A stretch of DNA of 42,013 bases from a virus, in the IMG/VR virus record IMGVR_UViG_3300027796_000005. One strand, given 5' to 3'. The position numbers were made by a program, and so were the translations under genes. Below the pieces are notes generated by a model. That model saw only the letters and a list, made by a program, of their open reading frames with translations, was not told the origin of the DNA and did not search any database. Each line of letters opens with the position of its first letter. Position 1 is the stretch's first letter. Shown piece by piece: positions 9,444 through 17,639 of the stretch.

Positions 9444-9541
9444 TATAAATTATTTTTTTTGACTAAAAAGTTATTAAAATCTTGACTTATGTTGTCTTTT
9501 TCTTTACATTTGCTTTCAGAAATTTACAAAACAATTCAGAA
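9444..9541. promoter_or_regulatory. Divergent lysis/lysogeny switch region
   Basis: 98-bp AT-rich gap between divergent regulator genes. TACATTTG at 9505-9512 matches the Bacteroidota -7 consensus TAnnTTTG for rightward transcription. Confidence 0.5.
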
Positions 9542-9769
9542 ATGAACGAACAAATTAAAGAATATCAACAAAAAACCGACTTCAAAGCCTATTACGAAGG
9601 TTTAAAAAAACAACCCTCTGAATTGAGGGACCTTATTTGCGATAAATTAGGTATTAGCACTGAAACATTTTATGTCAGGCTCAGGAGTAACTCGTTTGGC
9701 TATCCTCAGCAGGTAGTGATCTCTCAAATTCTCGAACGTCCAATCAATGAATTATTCCCGGAATTATGA
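9542..9769 (+). CDS. Cro-like / small DNA-binding early regulator
   Basis: Internal ATG (MNEQIKEY...) of track ORF 9482..9769. The hydrophobic N-terminal extension from 9482 lies in the promoter region. LGISTETFYVRLRSN resembles an HTH. Confidence 0.55.
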   Translation: MNEQIKEYQQKTDFKAYYEGLKKQPSELRDLICDKLGISTETFYVRLRSNSFGYPQQVVISQILERPINELFPEL

Positions 9770-10314
9770 AAGAGATATATTGGGATACTACGCGCGAAAT
9801 GATGCTTCTTGAAGATCTGGAAAAGCATACAGTTAACAGATTCGATGAGCTTCCTCAATCTTTTTTCATCAATATCGATGCAAAAATTAAGTTTAAATAT
9901 CCCGAACAACATGCTGAGCTGGTTCAGCTTATTGGCAGGGTAGGTTGCGAATATGGCCGTGTATATCAGTTTTGCGCCTGCAATTTTTCAACAAAAGATG
10001 GCCAGCCGGATATTGACGATGATGGGAATTTCATTTTTGAAAAAGTTTCATGCCCGGTCAGGCTTACCTGCAAACGAACAACGTGTAGGATTAATGCCGA
10101 ATCTCTGCTATCGAAGAGAGAAATAGAGGTGATTAAATATTTCACCTTAGGTAAAAGCGAGGAAGAAATTGCTGACTGCCTTTTTATCTCAAAATCAACC
10201 GTTCACAATCATATCAATAACATATATCACAAGCTTCAACTAACTGGCGCGGCTAATCCCGACAGGCTGTTAGTTGCTTATGCTATTAAAAATAAGATTG
10301 CCCAGCATTTGTAA
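9766..10314 (+). CDS. LuxR/GerE-family transcriptional regulator with Cys-rich N-terminal domain
   Basis: The C-terminal LSKREIEVIKYFTLGKSEEEIADCLFISKSTVHNHINNIYHKL is a canonical GerE HTH. The start overlaps the upstream stop (ATGA). Confidence 0.8.
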   Translation: MKEIYWDTTREMMLLEDLEKHTVNRFDELPQSFFINIDAKIKFKYPEQHAELVQLIGRVGCEYGRVYQFCACNFSTKDGQPDIDDDGNFIFEKVSCPVRLTCKRTTCRINAESLLSKREIEVIKYFTLGKSEEEIADCLFISKSTVHNHINNIYHKLQLTGAANPDRLLVAYAIKNKIAQHL

Positions 10315-10390
10315 AATCAATAACTCACCGGTTGCGAAGGTCACTGAGCCTGTCGAAGTGATCAAAGCAGCCGGTTTAAACCTAAAAAAA

Positions 10391-10588
10391 ATGAAAGTCA
10401 GATTAAAAGGAAAAATACACCCGGAATTGGAATCAATTGGACTAAAGGCAGGTGATGAAATTGAAGTTTATAAGGATACTACTTCTGAAGTTGGATGCTG
10501 CCATTTCACTAAGTACGTTGAAAAACGTATATATGATTGCAGTATTTGGCCTGAAAATTATGAAATAATTGAACCCTTAAAATCTTAA
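10391..10588 (+). CDS. Hypothetical protein (65 aa)
   Basis: Internal ATG of track ORF 10274..10588, chosen because the longer form overlaps the LuxR gene by 41 nt. Confidence 0.45.
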   Translation: MKVRLKGKIHPELESIGLKAGDEIEVYKDTTSEVGCCHFTKYVEKRIYDCSIWPENYEIIEPLKS

Positions 10589-10590
10589 TA

Positions 10591-10944
10591 ATGAAAGTCT
10601 TTATCATCGGTAAAATTTCAGGACTAACCTACCTCGAATCTTTCGAAAAATTTGCAATGACTGAAAAATACCTGTTAAAAATAGGTGTTACAGAGGTGTT
10701 TAACCCAATAAGGGAGATTGATATAACTCTTTTCGAACGCGAATACAGGGAATATGTAAGCATCTGTATTTCAAATCTCAAAACGTGCGATTTACTTTTA
10801 TTGCAAAACGACTGGAACGAAGATCCTATCGGGCACGAGATCTTAATTATTGCTCAAAAATTTCAAAAACATATACGATATGACAGGCCTACCGACTACC
10901 GCGACATCGAATTGATGTTACGGCGTGCGATTCGGCCTGAGTGA
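10591..10944 (+). CDS. DUF4406-like (nucleoside 2-deoxyribosyltransferase-like fold) protein
   Basis: MKVFIIGKISGL...FEKFA..E..L...G..EVFNP.......CDLLLLQNDWNEDPIGHEILIIAQKF matches the DUF4406 layout as remembered. Confidence 0.5.
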   Translation: MKVFIIGKISGLTYLESFEKFAMTEKYLLKIGVTEVFNPIREIDITLFEREYREYVSICISNLKTCDLLLLQNDWNEDPIGHEILIIAQKFQKHIRYDRPTDYRDIELMLRRAIRPE

Positions 10945-10966
10945 TGGGGGTTAGTTTGGTGTTTTA

Positions 10967-11013
10967 GCCCCGGGATCTTTCATGGTGGATACGCGTTCGA
11001 TCGCGCCCGGGGC
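10967..11013 (+). other. GC-rich nested hairpin (tRNA-minihelix-like)
   Basis: GCCCCGGG (10967-10974) pairs with CCCGGGGC (11006-11013). It encloses CGCG-TTCGAT-CGCG and is followed by ACAATTTGTTTT. Confidence 0.5.
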
Positions 11014-11040
11014 ACAATTTGTTTTAGAAGTTTTTTCGTG

Positions 11041-11123
11041 GCGAACCCGGTTAACCAGACTGGCGCCACTGGTCTTAGTTAAGTAGCGAATCCCGGTTAA
11101 CCAGACCGGCGCTACTGGTCTTA
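11041..11123 (+). repeat. Two tandem ~37-nt direct repeats, each with a small hairpin
   Basis: GCGAA(C/T)CCCGGTTAACCAGAC(T/C)GGCGC(C/T)ACTGGTCTTA occurs at 11041-11077 and 11086-11123. Each copy can form AGACY/GGUCU with a 9-nt loop and carries the palindrome GGTTAACC. Confidence 0.7.
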
Positions 11124-11143
11124 ATTGCGATTTTCTATTTTGT

Positions 11144-11178
11144 CCGGCTGATCCGGAAACGAATCAGCCGGTTTTTTT
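11144..11178 (+). terminator. Intrinsic terminator
   Basis: CCGGCTGAT (11144-11152) pairs with ATCAGCCGG (11163-11171), followed by TTTTTTT. It ends 13 nt before the next ATG. Confidence 0.8.
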
Positions 11179-11191
11179 CAAAAGATTAACA

Positions 11192-11377
11192 ATGATAACA
11201 TTTTCCATAAGCGATCCTTCAAAGTATGAACTGCTAATTAACGCAATTCACACAGCCGCCAACCATGAGCCGGAAAAAAAGGAAGAATATGGAAAACTCA
11301 TCGACGAAATTAACCAAAGTCTCAGAAGCGGATCAGTTCCGGAGAGAGGCAATCAAATTTATAGGAAATGTGGTTAA
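11192..11377 (+). CDS. Hypothetical protein (61 aa), overlaps the next ORF
   Basis: ORF begins just after the terminator. It overlaps 11265..11606 by 113 nt in another frame, and an A7 tract at 11273-11279 sits in the overlap. Confidence 0.3.
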   Translation: MITFSISDPSKYELLINAIHTAANHEPEKKEEYGKLIDEINQSLRSGSVPERGNQIYRKCG

Positions 11378-11606
11378 GGCGCGGAGCTACTGTTTGAAGC
11401 AGGGAATTGGGAAACAAGTTTCACGCGAAAAGTTTAAGCACTTCAAAACCAGCTTTTACACATACCGATTCAGGTGGACAGTTGCAGGAGTGGCCAAATA
11501 TATTTTAAACCGGCAGGAAGATCTTCTCGACTTTCTACCAGGCGGAGAAAAAGAGTTAAGAAAATTCATTGAGTTATTAGAAACAGCTAAAAAATACGCA
11601 GTATGA
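11265..11606 (+). CDS. Hypothetical protein (113 aa, or shorter from ATG 11289)
   Basis: Its stop overlaps the start of the next gene (ATGA at 11603-11606), which supports this frame. Confidence 0.5.
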   Translation: MSRKKRKNMENSSTKLTKVSEADQFRREAIKFIGNVVKARSYCLKQGIGKQVSREKFKHFKTSFYTYRFRWTVAGVAKYILNRQEDLLDFLPGGEKELRKFIELLETAKKYAV

Positions 11607-11869
11607 CCCGATTCGATTCCGATGCACTTGAAATTATCAAAGCCGCTGTATTTCAGAACAAGCCATTTCTGGTTCTTACAATTGCGGGAAAAGATGAAAT
11701 GAAACTCACATTCCGTGGCGATGAAGATATGCTGGTTGCGGCCATTAAGAATGCTCTGGAACACGACAAAGATTTCAACCGCATCATTAACCGCGCCATC
11801 AAGAAAAAACAGGACTCGGAATACCTGAAGAAAAACCGTACACTTCAATTTTCACTCGATATAAACTAA
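11603..11869 (+). CDS. Hypothetical protein
   Basis: 88-aa ORF, translationally coupled to the upstream gene. Confidence 0.55.
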   Translation: MTRFDSDALEIIKAAVFQNKPFLVLTIAGKDEMKLTFRGDEDMLVAAIKNALEHDKDFNRIINRAIKKKQDSEYLKKNRTLQFSLDIN

Positions 11870-11876
11870 ACCACAA

Positions 11877-12611
11877 ATGACACAAATTACACAAATTAAC
11901 GAACACCCAGTCCTTTTTAGCACTCCAATGGTTCAGGCTATTTTGGAAGGTCGCAAAACAATGACCAGGAGAATAGTGAAAGGAATAAAAGCTTCTGATG
12001 AAATAAAAGGTACTGTTAATTTTCCTTCCGATTCTCTTCATCCAGGATTCAGGGCATATTTCACAGACTCTGCCACTAATAAAGAAATTAGAAGAAAATG
12101 TCCTCACGGCCAGCCTGGTGATCTGCTTTGGGTAAGAGAAAAATTCTCGTTTCTCGAAGGGAAATTCGAACCTGAAGATACTTATAGCTATTTCGCTGAT
12201 AATTTTCACTGGAGTTTTGCCCGGGGCGAATCGCCCAATGGTAAAACAAAAATTCAATGGCACGATCCTGATTTATGTGAGGAATTAAAATGGAAATCCT
12301 CCATCCACATGCCAAAAGCTGCAGCCCGTATTTGGTTGAAAATTACCTCTATCAAAGTTGAACTGTTGCAGGATATTTCTGAAGAAGATGCTCTTAAAGA
12401 AGGTGTTTCTTTTATTGACACTATGTCAGGTCGTTATTTCAAGAATTATAATTCCAGAAAAATTTCTTTTCCTTTTACAACTGCAAAAGAATCTTTCGAA
12501 TCGCTATGGATTAAAATAAATAGCCGCGAAAGCTGGAAAGCAAATCCCTGGGTATGGGCTATCGAATTCGAAATTCTTTCTACAACCGGTAAACCCTTTC
12601 CAAATGACTAA
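11877..12611 (+). CDS. ASCH-like (PUA-fold) domain protein
   Basis: The N-terminal PVLFSTPMVQAILEGRKTMTRRIV resembles the FS.PMV.AIL.G.KT.TRR signature of phage ASCH-type proteins. Recognition is from memory only. Confidence 0.45.
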   Translation: MTQITQINEHPVLFSTPMVQAILEGRKTMTRRIVKGIKASDEIKGTVNFPSDSLHPGFRAYFTDSATNKEIRRKCPHGQPGDLLWVREKFSFLEGKFEPEDTYSYFADNFHWSFARGESPNGKTKIQWHDPDLCEELKWKSSIHMPKAAARIWLKITSIKVELLQDISEEDALKEGVSFIDTMSGRYFKNYNSRKISFPFTTAKESFESLWIKINSRESWKANPWVWAIEFEILSTTGKPFPND

Positions 12612-12732
12612 TGACTTTTTTCCAACCAATCACGAAACCTGGCACATCTGCCCCGTATGCGCGTGCGAGTACAACCTACATTTAAATAGAACCTGCCCAA
12701 ATTGTGGGCATATCTATAAACCTAATAAATAA
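12604..12732 (+). CDS. Zinc-ribbon mini-protein (42 aa)
   Basis: Hand translation gives MTNDFFPTNHETWHICPVCACEYNLHLNRTCPNCGHIYKPNK*, with CxxC...CxxC. It fills the gap between flanking genes. Confidence 0.45.
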   Translation: MTNDFFPTNHETWHICPVCACEYNLHLNRTCPNCGHIYKPNK

Positions 12733-12738
12733 ACAATT

Positions 12739-12996
12739 ATGTGTAACTGTATTGACCGAGTTGAAAAACAACTCACAGAAAAAATGATTGAACTGAACCC
12801 CGGATGCGAAGTTCTTGAAAATGTTGAGATTCAAAATAAATCATTTCTGTTTGAACGCGATGAAATTCGCCCTTACAACCCGGTACTGGGAAGATATAAA
12901 GTAGGCAATAAGGTTAGAAAATTCGAAACATCAATGATTTATACCTTTTGCCCTTTTTGTGGCCAAAAATACGAACCTGAAACAACTGAAAAATAA
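12739..12996 (+). CDS. Hypothetical Cys-containing protein (85 aa)
   Basis: Has an N-terminal CNC and a C-terminal CPFCG motif, so it may bind zinc. Confidence 0.55.
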   Translation: MCNCIDRVEKQLTEKMIELNPGCEVLENVEIQNKSFLFERDEIRPYNPVLGRYKVGNKVRKFETSMIYTFCPFCGQKYEPETTEK

Positions 12997-13000
12997 GCCT

Positions 13001-13378
13001 ATGAAACCGTTATTTTCCGACCTGTTACTACACATTGTAAGTACAATTATTGCCTTCGCCGTATTTTATCCAATTTACTTTCGAAGGTTGCGTAAAGAGC
13101 GCAAACTCATGCAAGAAGTACAAAAAGTTGTTACTGATGATCTTGAGGATTTAGTACGGATTGAAGATCAATTTTACTCAAAACTCAACACTATTATCGA
13201 TGATCTGCAAAAGCAACGAGAATCCAGAAACCAGAATTCAGAAACCAGTATCCAGTACAATTGCACCAATTGTGGTAGAACTATTCCGGTTGCTGGTTTT
13301 TGTAAAACATGCAATGACCGGCTTTTAGATATAGAATTAAATGTTGAAAAAGAAAACGCTAATCACTCTAATATCTAG
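13001..13378 (+). CDS. Membrane-anchored zinc-ribbon protein (125 aa)
   Basis: Internal ATG (MKPLFSDLL) of track ORF 12959..13378. Has an N-terminal TM segment and a C-terminal CTNCG...CKTCN. Confidence 0.5.
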   Translation: MKPLFSDLLLHIVSTIIAFAVFYPIYFRRLRKERKLMQEVQKVVTDDLEDLVRIEDQFYSKLNTIIDDLQKQRESRNQNSETSIQYNCTNCGRTIPVAGFCKTCNDRLLDIELNVEKENANHSNI

Positions 13379-13383
13379 CAATC

Positions 13384-13719
13384 ATGCCAACCGAACCCTT
13401 TCAACACGGAATTCCTCATCACGATTACTTTCTTATTGCAGCGCCTCCATCGCTCGTTCAACCAACGGTTCGATCCATGGATCCCGATTATGTGAAGCCA
13501 ATCATACAGCTTCAGGATCCCGGAACTAAAGAGACCATTCAGGCAGAGGTAAACGCCATTTGGACAGTGCCACTCGATGAAATGGAAGACTACAAGAACT
13601 TCTGTCTCATAGCCTATGGCCTTGAGTGGCCAAAGCTGCTCAACGTTCTGAAAAGGCGTTATCCGGAAGTAGAGTCAAAACAAAAATTTCGTTTCATCCT
13701 TCTGAAAAAAATCGCATAA
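13384..13719 (+). CDS. Hypothetical protein
   Basis: 111-aa ORF. Its stop overlaps the primase start (TAATG). Confidence 0.55.
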   Translation: MPTEPFQHGIPHHDYFLIAAPPSLVQPTVRSMDPDYVKPIIQLQDPGTKETIQAEVNAIWTVPLDEMEDYKNFCLIAYGLEWPKLLNVLKRRYPEVESKQKFRFILLKKIA

Positions 13720-16700
13720 TGAAGTATATCGATGCTGAAAAAATATTCGAGGCAACCGACAACGGGTTGTCCGTATTTACATTCTATTTCCCTGGGGAAG
13801 ATCTCACCAAACCAAAGCATAGTTTCAAGATCAGGAAAGATGAGAAAACAGCATCGGCTCAGCTTTCACTGTTTAAAGGCCGCTGGCGGATCACCGACTT
13901 TGGCAACCAGGGAGAAGTAAACAGCCTCGATGCCGTTGCCTTTGTTATGTGGCGTGAAAACCTCATGTATATCGATGCATTGCGCTTCATCGAGGAGGTG
14001 ATCCTGAAACATTCTGTTGAAAGCGAAGGTTTTCGCCATCCGGTTTATAAGGCCGATTATAGCTGGAGAGAAGTTGGGCCCACCGACAAAAAAGGGGAAT
14101 ACAAATTCATATTCAAGTTAACACCAACCGGCAGTGATCTCGCCTCCATCGGGCGCTATGTTACTGCTGAATTGCTTGACCATTTCAATTTTAAAAGTGT
14201 CGAAAGCTATTCACTTTGCAGCTATTCAGATAAGTACAAGAAAGATATAGTACATGTTTTCACAGCTACCGATGATTATCCAATCTTCCTGCTTTCACCC
14301 GAAGATCAGCCTTTTCAAAAATTATACAAACCCCACGAAGTGGACAAAAAATTCCGCTTCAGTTATGTAGGCAAAAAACCGGCTAATTTCATTTTCGGAC
14401 TCCGACAACTTCAGGAGATTGAAAACGAGTTTGTCGATGATAATGGCAATTACAATTTTGAAGGATCTGATTATAAAACACCCCACATTAAGGACCTGAT
14501 CCGCTGCTCGGGTGAAAGCGATGCCCTCAATGTGGCCAGCCTCGGATTTCATGTTTACTGGCTAAACAGTGAGAGTGCTAAAATCGACAAACAACAGTTC
14601 CGTGAGCTTGATGATATGTGCGAGAACCATTACCAGTTGATGGATCTCGACGAAACCGGCAAACGTGAGGCGATGAAACTGGCTCACCAGCACATGAACC
14701 TGTTCACTATTCAGCTTCCGGAATGGATTCGCTTGAAAAAAGACTGGAGAGGAAACCCATGCAAAGACATCAAAGATTTTGTGAATATTGTTGGCGATAA
14801 CCAGGATGACACCAACAGCCAGTTTTGCGTTCTCAAGCGCCGGGCTTTCCCAATGAAATTCTGGACAAAATCTATCGATAAGGATAAGAAAACAGTCAAT
14901 TATAACCTGAACCTCGAGAACTATTATTACTTTCTCGAGAGCAATGGCTTTTACGTTACCGACTCAAAATACCACCGAAAAGCCGGTTACTGTTATGTGA
15001 AGATCGACGGGAAAACTGTTGAGCTTATCAATCCTGAACAAATTAAAAAGATCATCAAGCGGTTTACGAAAAACTGGATCCGCTCTAAGAACCTTCTCGA
15101 TGAGAATGCCATCCTGAATAAAATAAACTCAAGCAACCAGATTAGCGAAAACAACCTGCAGGAACTGCGCCAGGTAGAACTCGAATTTCGCAACCATAAA
15201 AAAGGGTTGGAGTGGATACACTTCAAAAATGGCAGTCTTAAAATTACAGCCGATACAATTGAGAAGGCAAAGCACGATGATGTTCCAAACTACATCCTGG
15301 GTAAACTGGAGGTGAACGATACCACCATATCGCATCTTATTGATCAAAATATAAGGGTTGAGAGTAAGCCAGCCATCGAGATCAGTACAACTGCCGAATA
15401 CGGTGCGATTCTCGACCGGTTGAAAAACGCAAAAACTACCGAGGATCGCGAAAACATCAATGTTGAAGTTGCAAACTTCCCGGAATTGGACCGTTACCAG
15501 GTCACGATCAATGATGATGAGTTTATTTGGGTCCGCTTTCTGAAGGATCTCGCACACATACACTGGAGAAAAGAGACCGAATTGAAAAAGGAACTTACGC
15601 CCGAGGAAAAGAAAAATTTACTTACACCAGAGGAAAAGAAAGAACAGGATCTGTTGCTGGTCAACATCATGTTTGTTCTCGGTTGGATGACTTCTGAATA
15701 TAAGAATCCTGGTAAACCGTGGATGGTGTATTTACAAGATTATCTTATCAGTGATATTGGTAAATCGGCCGGCCGGTCAGGAAAGTCTCTTTTGGGTGTG
15801 GCAATGGAAAAAGTAAGAGCATTGTTCTATATCGGCGGCAGAAGGAAGGATATCACTGAGAAAACAGAATTTATATACGATGGATACACCAGATTTCACA
15901 GGATCATTGAGGTAGATGACCTCAATGAATTTGCGGATATAAATTTTTTTTACACCCAAATTACAGGCAAGAGAGAGATAAACTCAAAACACATATCAAA
16001 ACAGATTCTCGACTACGACGAATCAGGCAAGATGATTGTTATCACTAATTTCGAACTTCCAAATACTGACAGCTCAACCATTGCGCGGTTATTAAATTGC
16101 GCTGTTTCCGACTACTACCACGAAAAAACAAAGTATAACGATTACAAGGAGACACGCTCTCCGCTGTCGAAATATGGCCGTATGCTGTTCGACGAATTCA
16201 CCGATGAGGAGTGGATTAAGTTCTACAACTTCATGGCTTACTGCATCCAGCTTCAAATGCGCTTTTTCAAGATTCAACCACCGATGCAAAACCTTGAAAA
16301 GAGGCAGCTCAGGCGCTTAATGATCAAAGGTGTTACAAAATCAGAAGAGTTCTTCAAATGGGCCAACAATTACTTTATTGTCTGCCCCGACAAAGAACGG
16401 CCTGAAATCAGCCCCGATGAAGCGGGCTATTTCAACGTACTATTCAGGCGCGAAGCTGCTTTCATCAATTTCAAATCGACCCTCACCGATATGCACGAGC
16501 GCAAGTATACGGCCAGCCAGTTCCGTACAAGTCTCGAAGCCTGGTCTGAATACTGGGGTTATGAATTTAACCCGCTGCCGTTATGCACCGGCGCCAATGC
16601 AGCCACTGAGCGCCGTATACTTAAAACCATCGATAACAAAACTACCGAACTTTTCTACATCTCAACCGCACCTTACCAGGTTAGCGAAGATGAGATAGCT

Positions 16701-16730
16701 CCGGATGAAGAAGATAAATTACCATTTTAA
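13719..16730 (+). CDS. DNA primase (DnaG-like Toprim) fused to a P-loop NTPase/helicase-like domain
   Basis: 1003 aa from ATG 13719. KDEKTASAQLSLFKGRWRITDFGNQGEVNSLDAVAFV resembles the DnaG zinc-binding region but lacks the Cys/His ligands. Toprim signature is CSGESDALN...LMDLDETGKREA. Walker A is GKSAGRSGKSLLG and Walker B-like is RIIEVDD. Confidence 0.8.
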   Translation: MKYIDAEKIFEATDNGLSVFTFYFPGEDLTKPKHSFKIRKDEKTASAQLSLFKGRWRITDFGNQGEVNSLDAVAFVMWRENLMYIDALRFIEEVILKHSVESEGFRHPVYKADYSWREVGPTDKKGEYKFIFKLTPTGSDLASIGRYVTAELLDHFNFKSVESYSLCSYSDKYKKDIVHVFTATDDYPIFLLSPEDQPFQKLYKPHEVDKKFRFSYVGKKPANFIFGLRQLQEIENEFVDDNGNYNFEGSDYKTPHIKDLIRCSGESDALNVASLGFHVYWLNSESAKIDKQQFRELDDMCENHYQLMDLDETGKREAMKLAHQHMNLFTIQLPEWIRLKKDWRGNPCKDIKDFVNIVGDNQDDTNSQFCVLKRRAFPMKFWTKSIDKDKKTVNYNLNLENYYYFLESNGFYVTDSKYHRKAGYCYVKIDGKTVELINPEQIKKIIKRFTKNWIRSKNLLDENAILNKINSSNQISENNLQELRQVELEFRNHKKGLEWIHFKNGSLKITADTIEKAKHDDVPNYILGKLEVNDTTISHLIDQNIRVESKPAIEISTTAEYGAILDRLKNAKTTEDRENINVEVANFPELDRYQVTINDDEFIWVRFLKDLAHIHWRKETELKKELTPEEKKNLLTPEEKKEQDLLLVNIMFVLGWMTSEYKNPGKPWMVYLQDYLISDIGKSAGRSGKSLLGVAMEKVRALFYIGGRRKDITEKTEFIYDGYTRFHRIIEVDDLNEFADINFFYTQITGKREINSKHISKQILDYDESGKMIVITNFELPNTDSSTIARLLNCAVSDYYHEKTKYNDYKETRSPLSKYGRMLFDEFTDEEWIKFYNFMAYCIQLQMRFFKIQPPMQNLEKRQLRRLMIKGVTKSEEFFKWANNYFIVCPDKERPEISPDEAGYFNVLFRREAAFINFKSTLTDMHERKYTASQFRTSLEAWSEYWGYEFNPLPLCTGANAATERRILKTIDNKTTELFYISTAPYQVSEDEIAPDEEDKLPF

Positions 16731-16742
16731 ACCTAAATAAGT

Positions 16743-17147
16743 ATGAATAAACAAAAAGTTGATTGGATGGACATTGAGGAATTAGCCGCAAATGTCTGTG
16801 GTATAGAATCTGAAGATAGTTCAGAGATTGAAAACGCACTGTACGAAAAGTATGAAGTCAGTTCAGAGCAATTTGAAAAAATCGTAACCGATCTTTTTCA
16901 TAAGCTTGATTTTTGCGTGAGTTTCTTAAGCTTTGAAGCATTTGTAGGGTTTGGAGATAAAGGGTTATGGTTGTTGAAAAAAGAAGTCAATCAGCAATTT
17001 ATTGCCGGGTTAATTGCATGGGCCACTGAAGGCGAAGAATTCAAAAAAGATACTAAGGGTTTCAGCCGGATCATTACCAAAAAAGGTAAACCCGAATTTG
17101 AAATCACTATTAAACGGGCATCGCCTGAAACAGAACAATCTAAATAA
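16743..17147 (+). CDS. Hypothetical protein
   Basis: 134-aa ORF. No motif recognised. Confidence 0.55.
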   Translation: MNKQKVDWMDIEELAANVCGIESEDSSEIENALYEKYEVSSEQFEKIVTDLFHKLDFCVSFLSFEAFVGFGDKGLWLLKKEVNQQFIAGLIAWATEGEEFKKDTKGFSRIITKKGKPEFEITIKRASPETEQSK

Positions 17148-17153
17148 TTAATT

Positions 17154-17639
17154 ATGAATAATAAAGAAGCATTTAAAAGGTTCGTTCAGACCAATGGGGT
17201 CATGATCGAAAAACTATTCTGGATTGCGGGATCCCTCGACAGTTCAGAATTAAAAGAGTTGTTTTCATACAATTGCGAAAATGAAAAATTCGAGAGTATT
17301 TTTCCCGGATTAGAGAAAATCGATTTAGATTTCAGATCGGATGATTTGTCCGATTACCTTATAGACCTGGAAAAACTCGGTTTTGTAGCCGAAATACATA
17401 TTCCCACATGCGATCATTTTAGTTTTGAAAATGATAGTCCAAAGAGCTGGGCTACTCACAAAGGAATATGCCGGATTGAATTTACCTATGCCGAATCTAC
17501 CGATGAACTACTCTCTGAAATTGAGATAATATTCGGAAAAGTATTCCATGAATTTGTAACCAAAGCAAGAAAGGAGAAATCAGCGATTGAAAATTTTATT
17601 CAAAATGATTTAAATCAAACAATAAAGGTAAAATCATGA
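17154..17639 (+). CDS. Hypothetical protein
   Basis: 161-aa ORF. No motif recognised. Confidence 0.55.
   Translation: MNNKEAFKRFVQTNGVMIEKLFWIAGSLDSSELKELFSYNCENEKFESIFPGLEKIDLDFRSDDLSDYLIDLEKLGFVAEIHIPTCDHFSFENDSPKSWATHKGICRIEFTYAESTDELLSEIEIIFGKVFHEFVTKARKEKSAIENFIQNDLNQTIKVKS

Noticed and set aside
10967-11013. Possible tRNA gene or tRNA fragment (acceptor-like 8-bp helix and a TTCGAT loop)
   Set aside because: It is only 47 nt, with no D or anticodon arms. The T-like loop is 6 nt with a 4-bp stem, so it is not a canonical tRNA. It is kept only as a hairpin feature.
11456-12315. Minus-strand ORFs 11456..11848, 11799..12263 and 12088..12315
   Set aside because: They are antisense to tightly coupled plus-strand genes and their sequences are hydrophobic and low quality.
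13626-13718. Longer primase start at 13626
   Set aside because: It overlaps the upstream gene by 94 nt. ATG 13719 forms a TAATG junction with that gene's stop.
15591-15650. Short tandem repeat that might be a CRISPR-like or regulatory repeat
   Set aside because: It is an in-frame duplication (LTPEEKKNLLTPEEKKE) inside the primase gene. No CRISPR array exists in the window.
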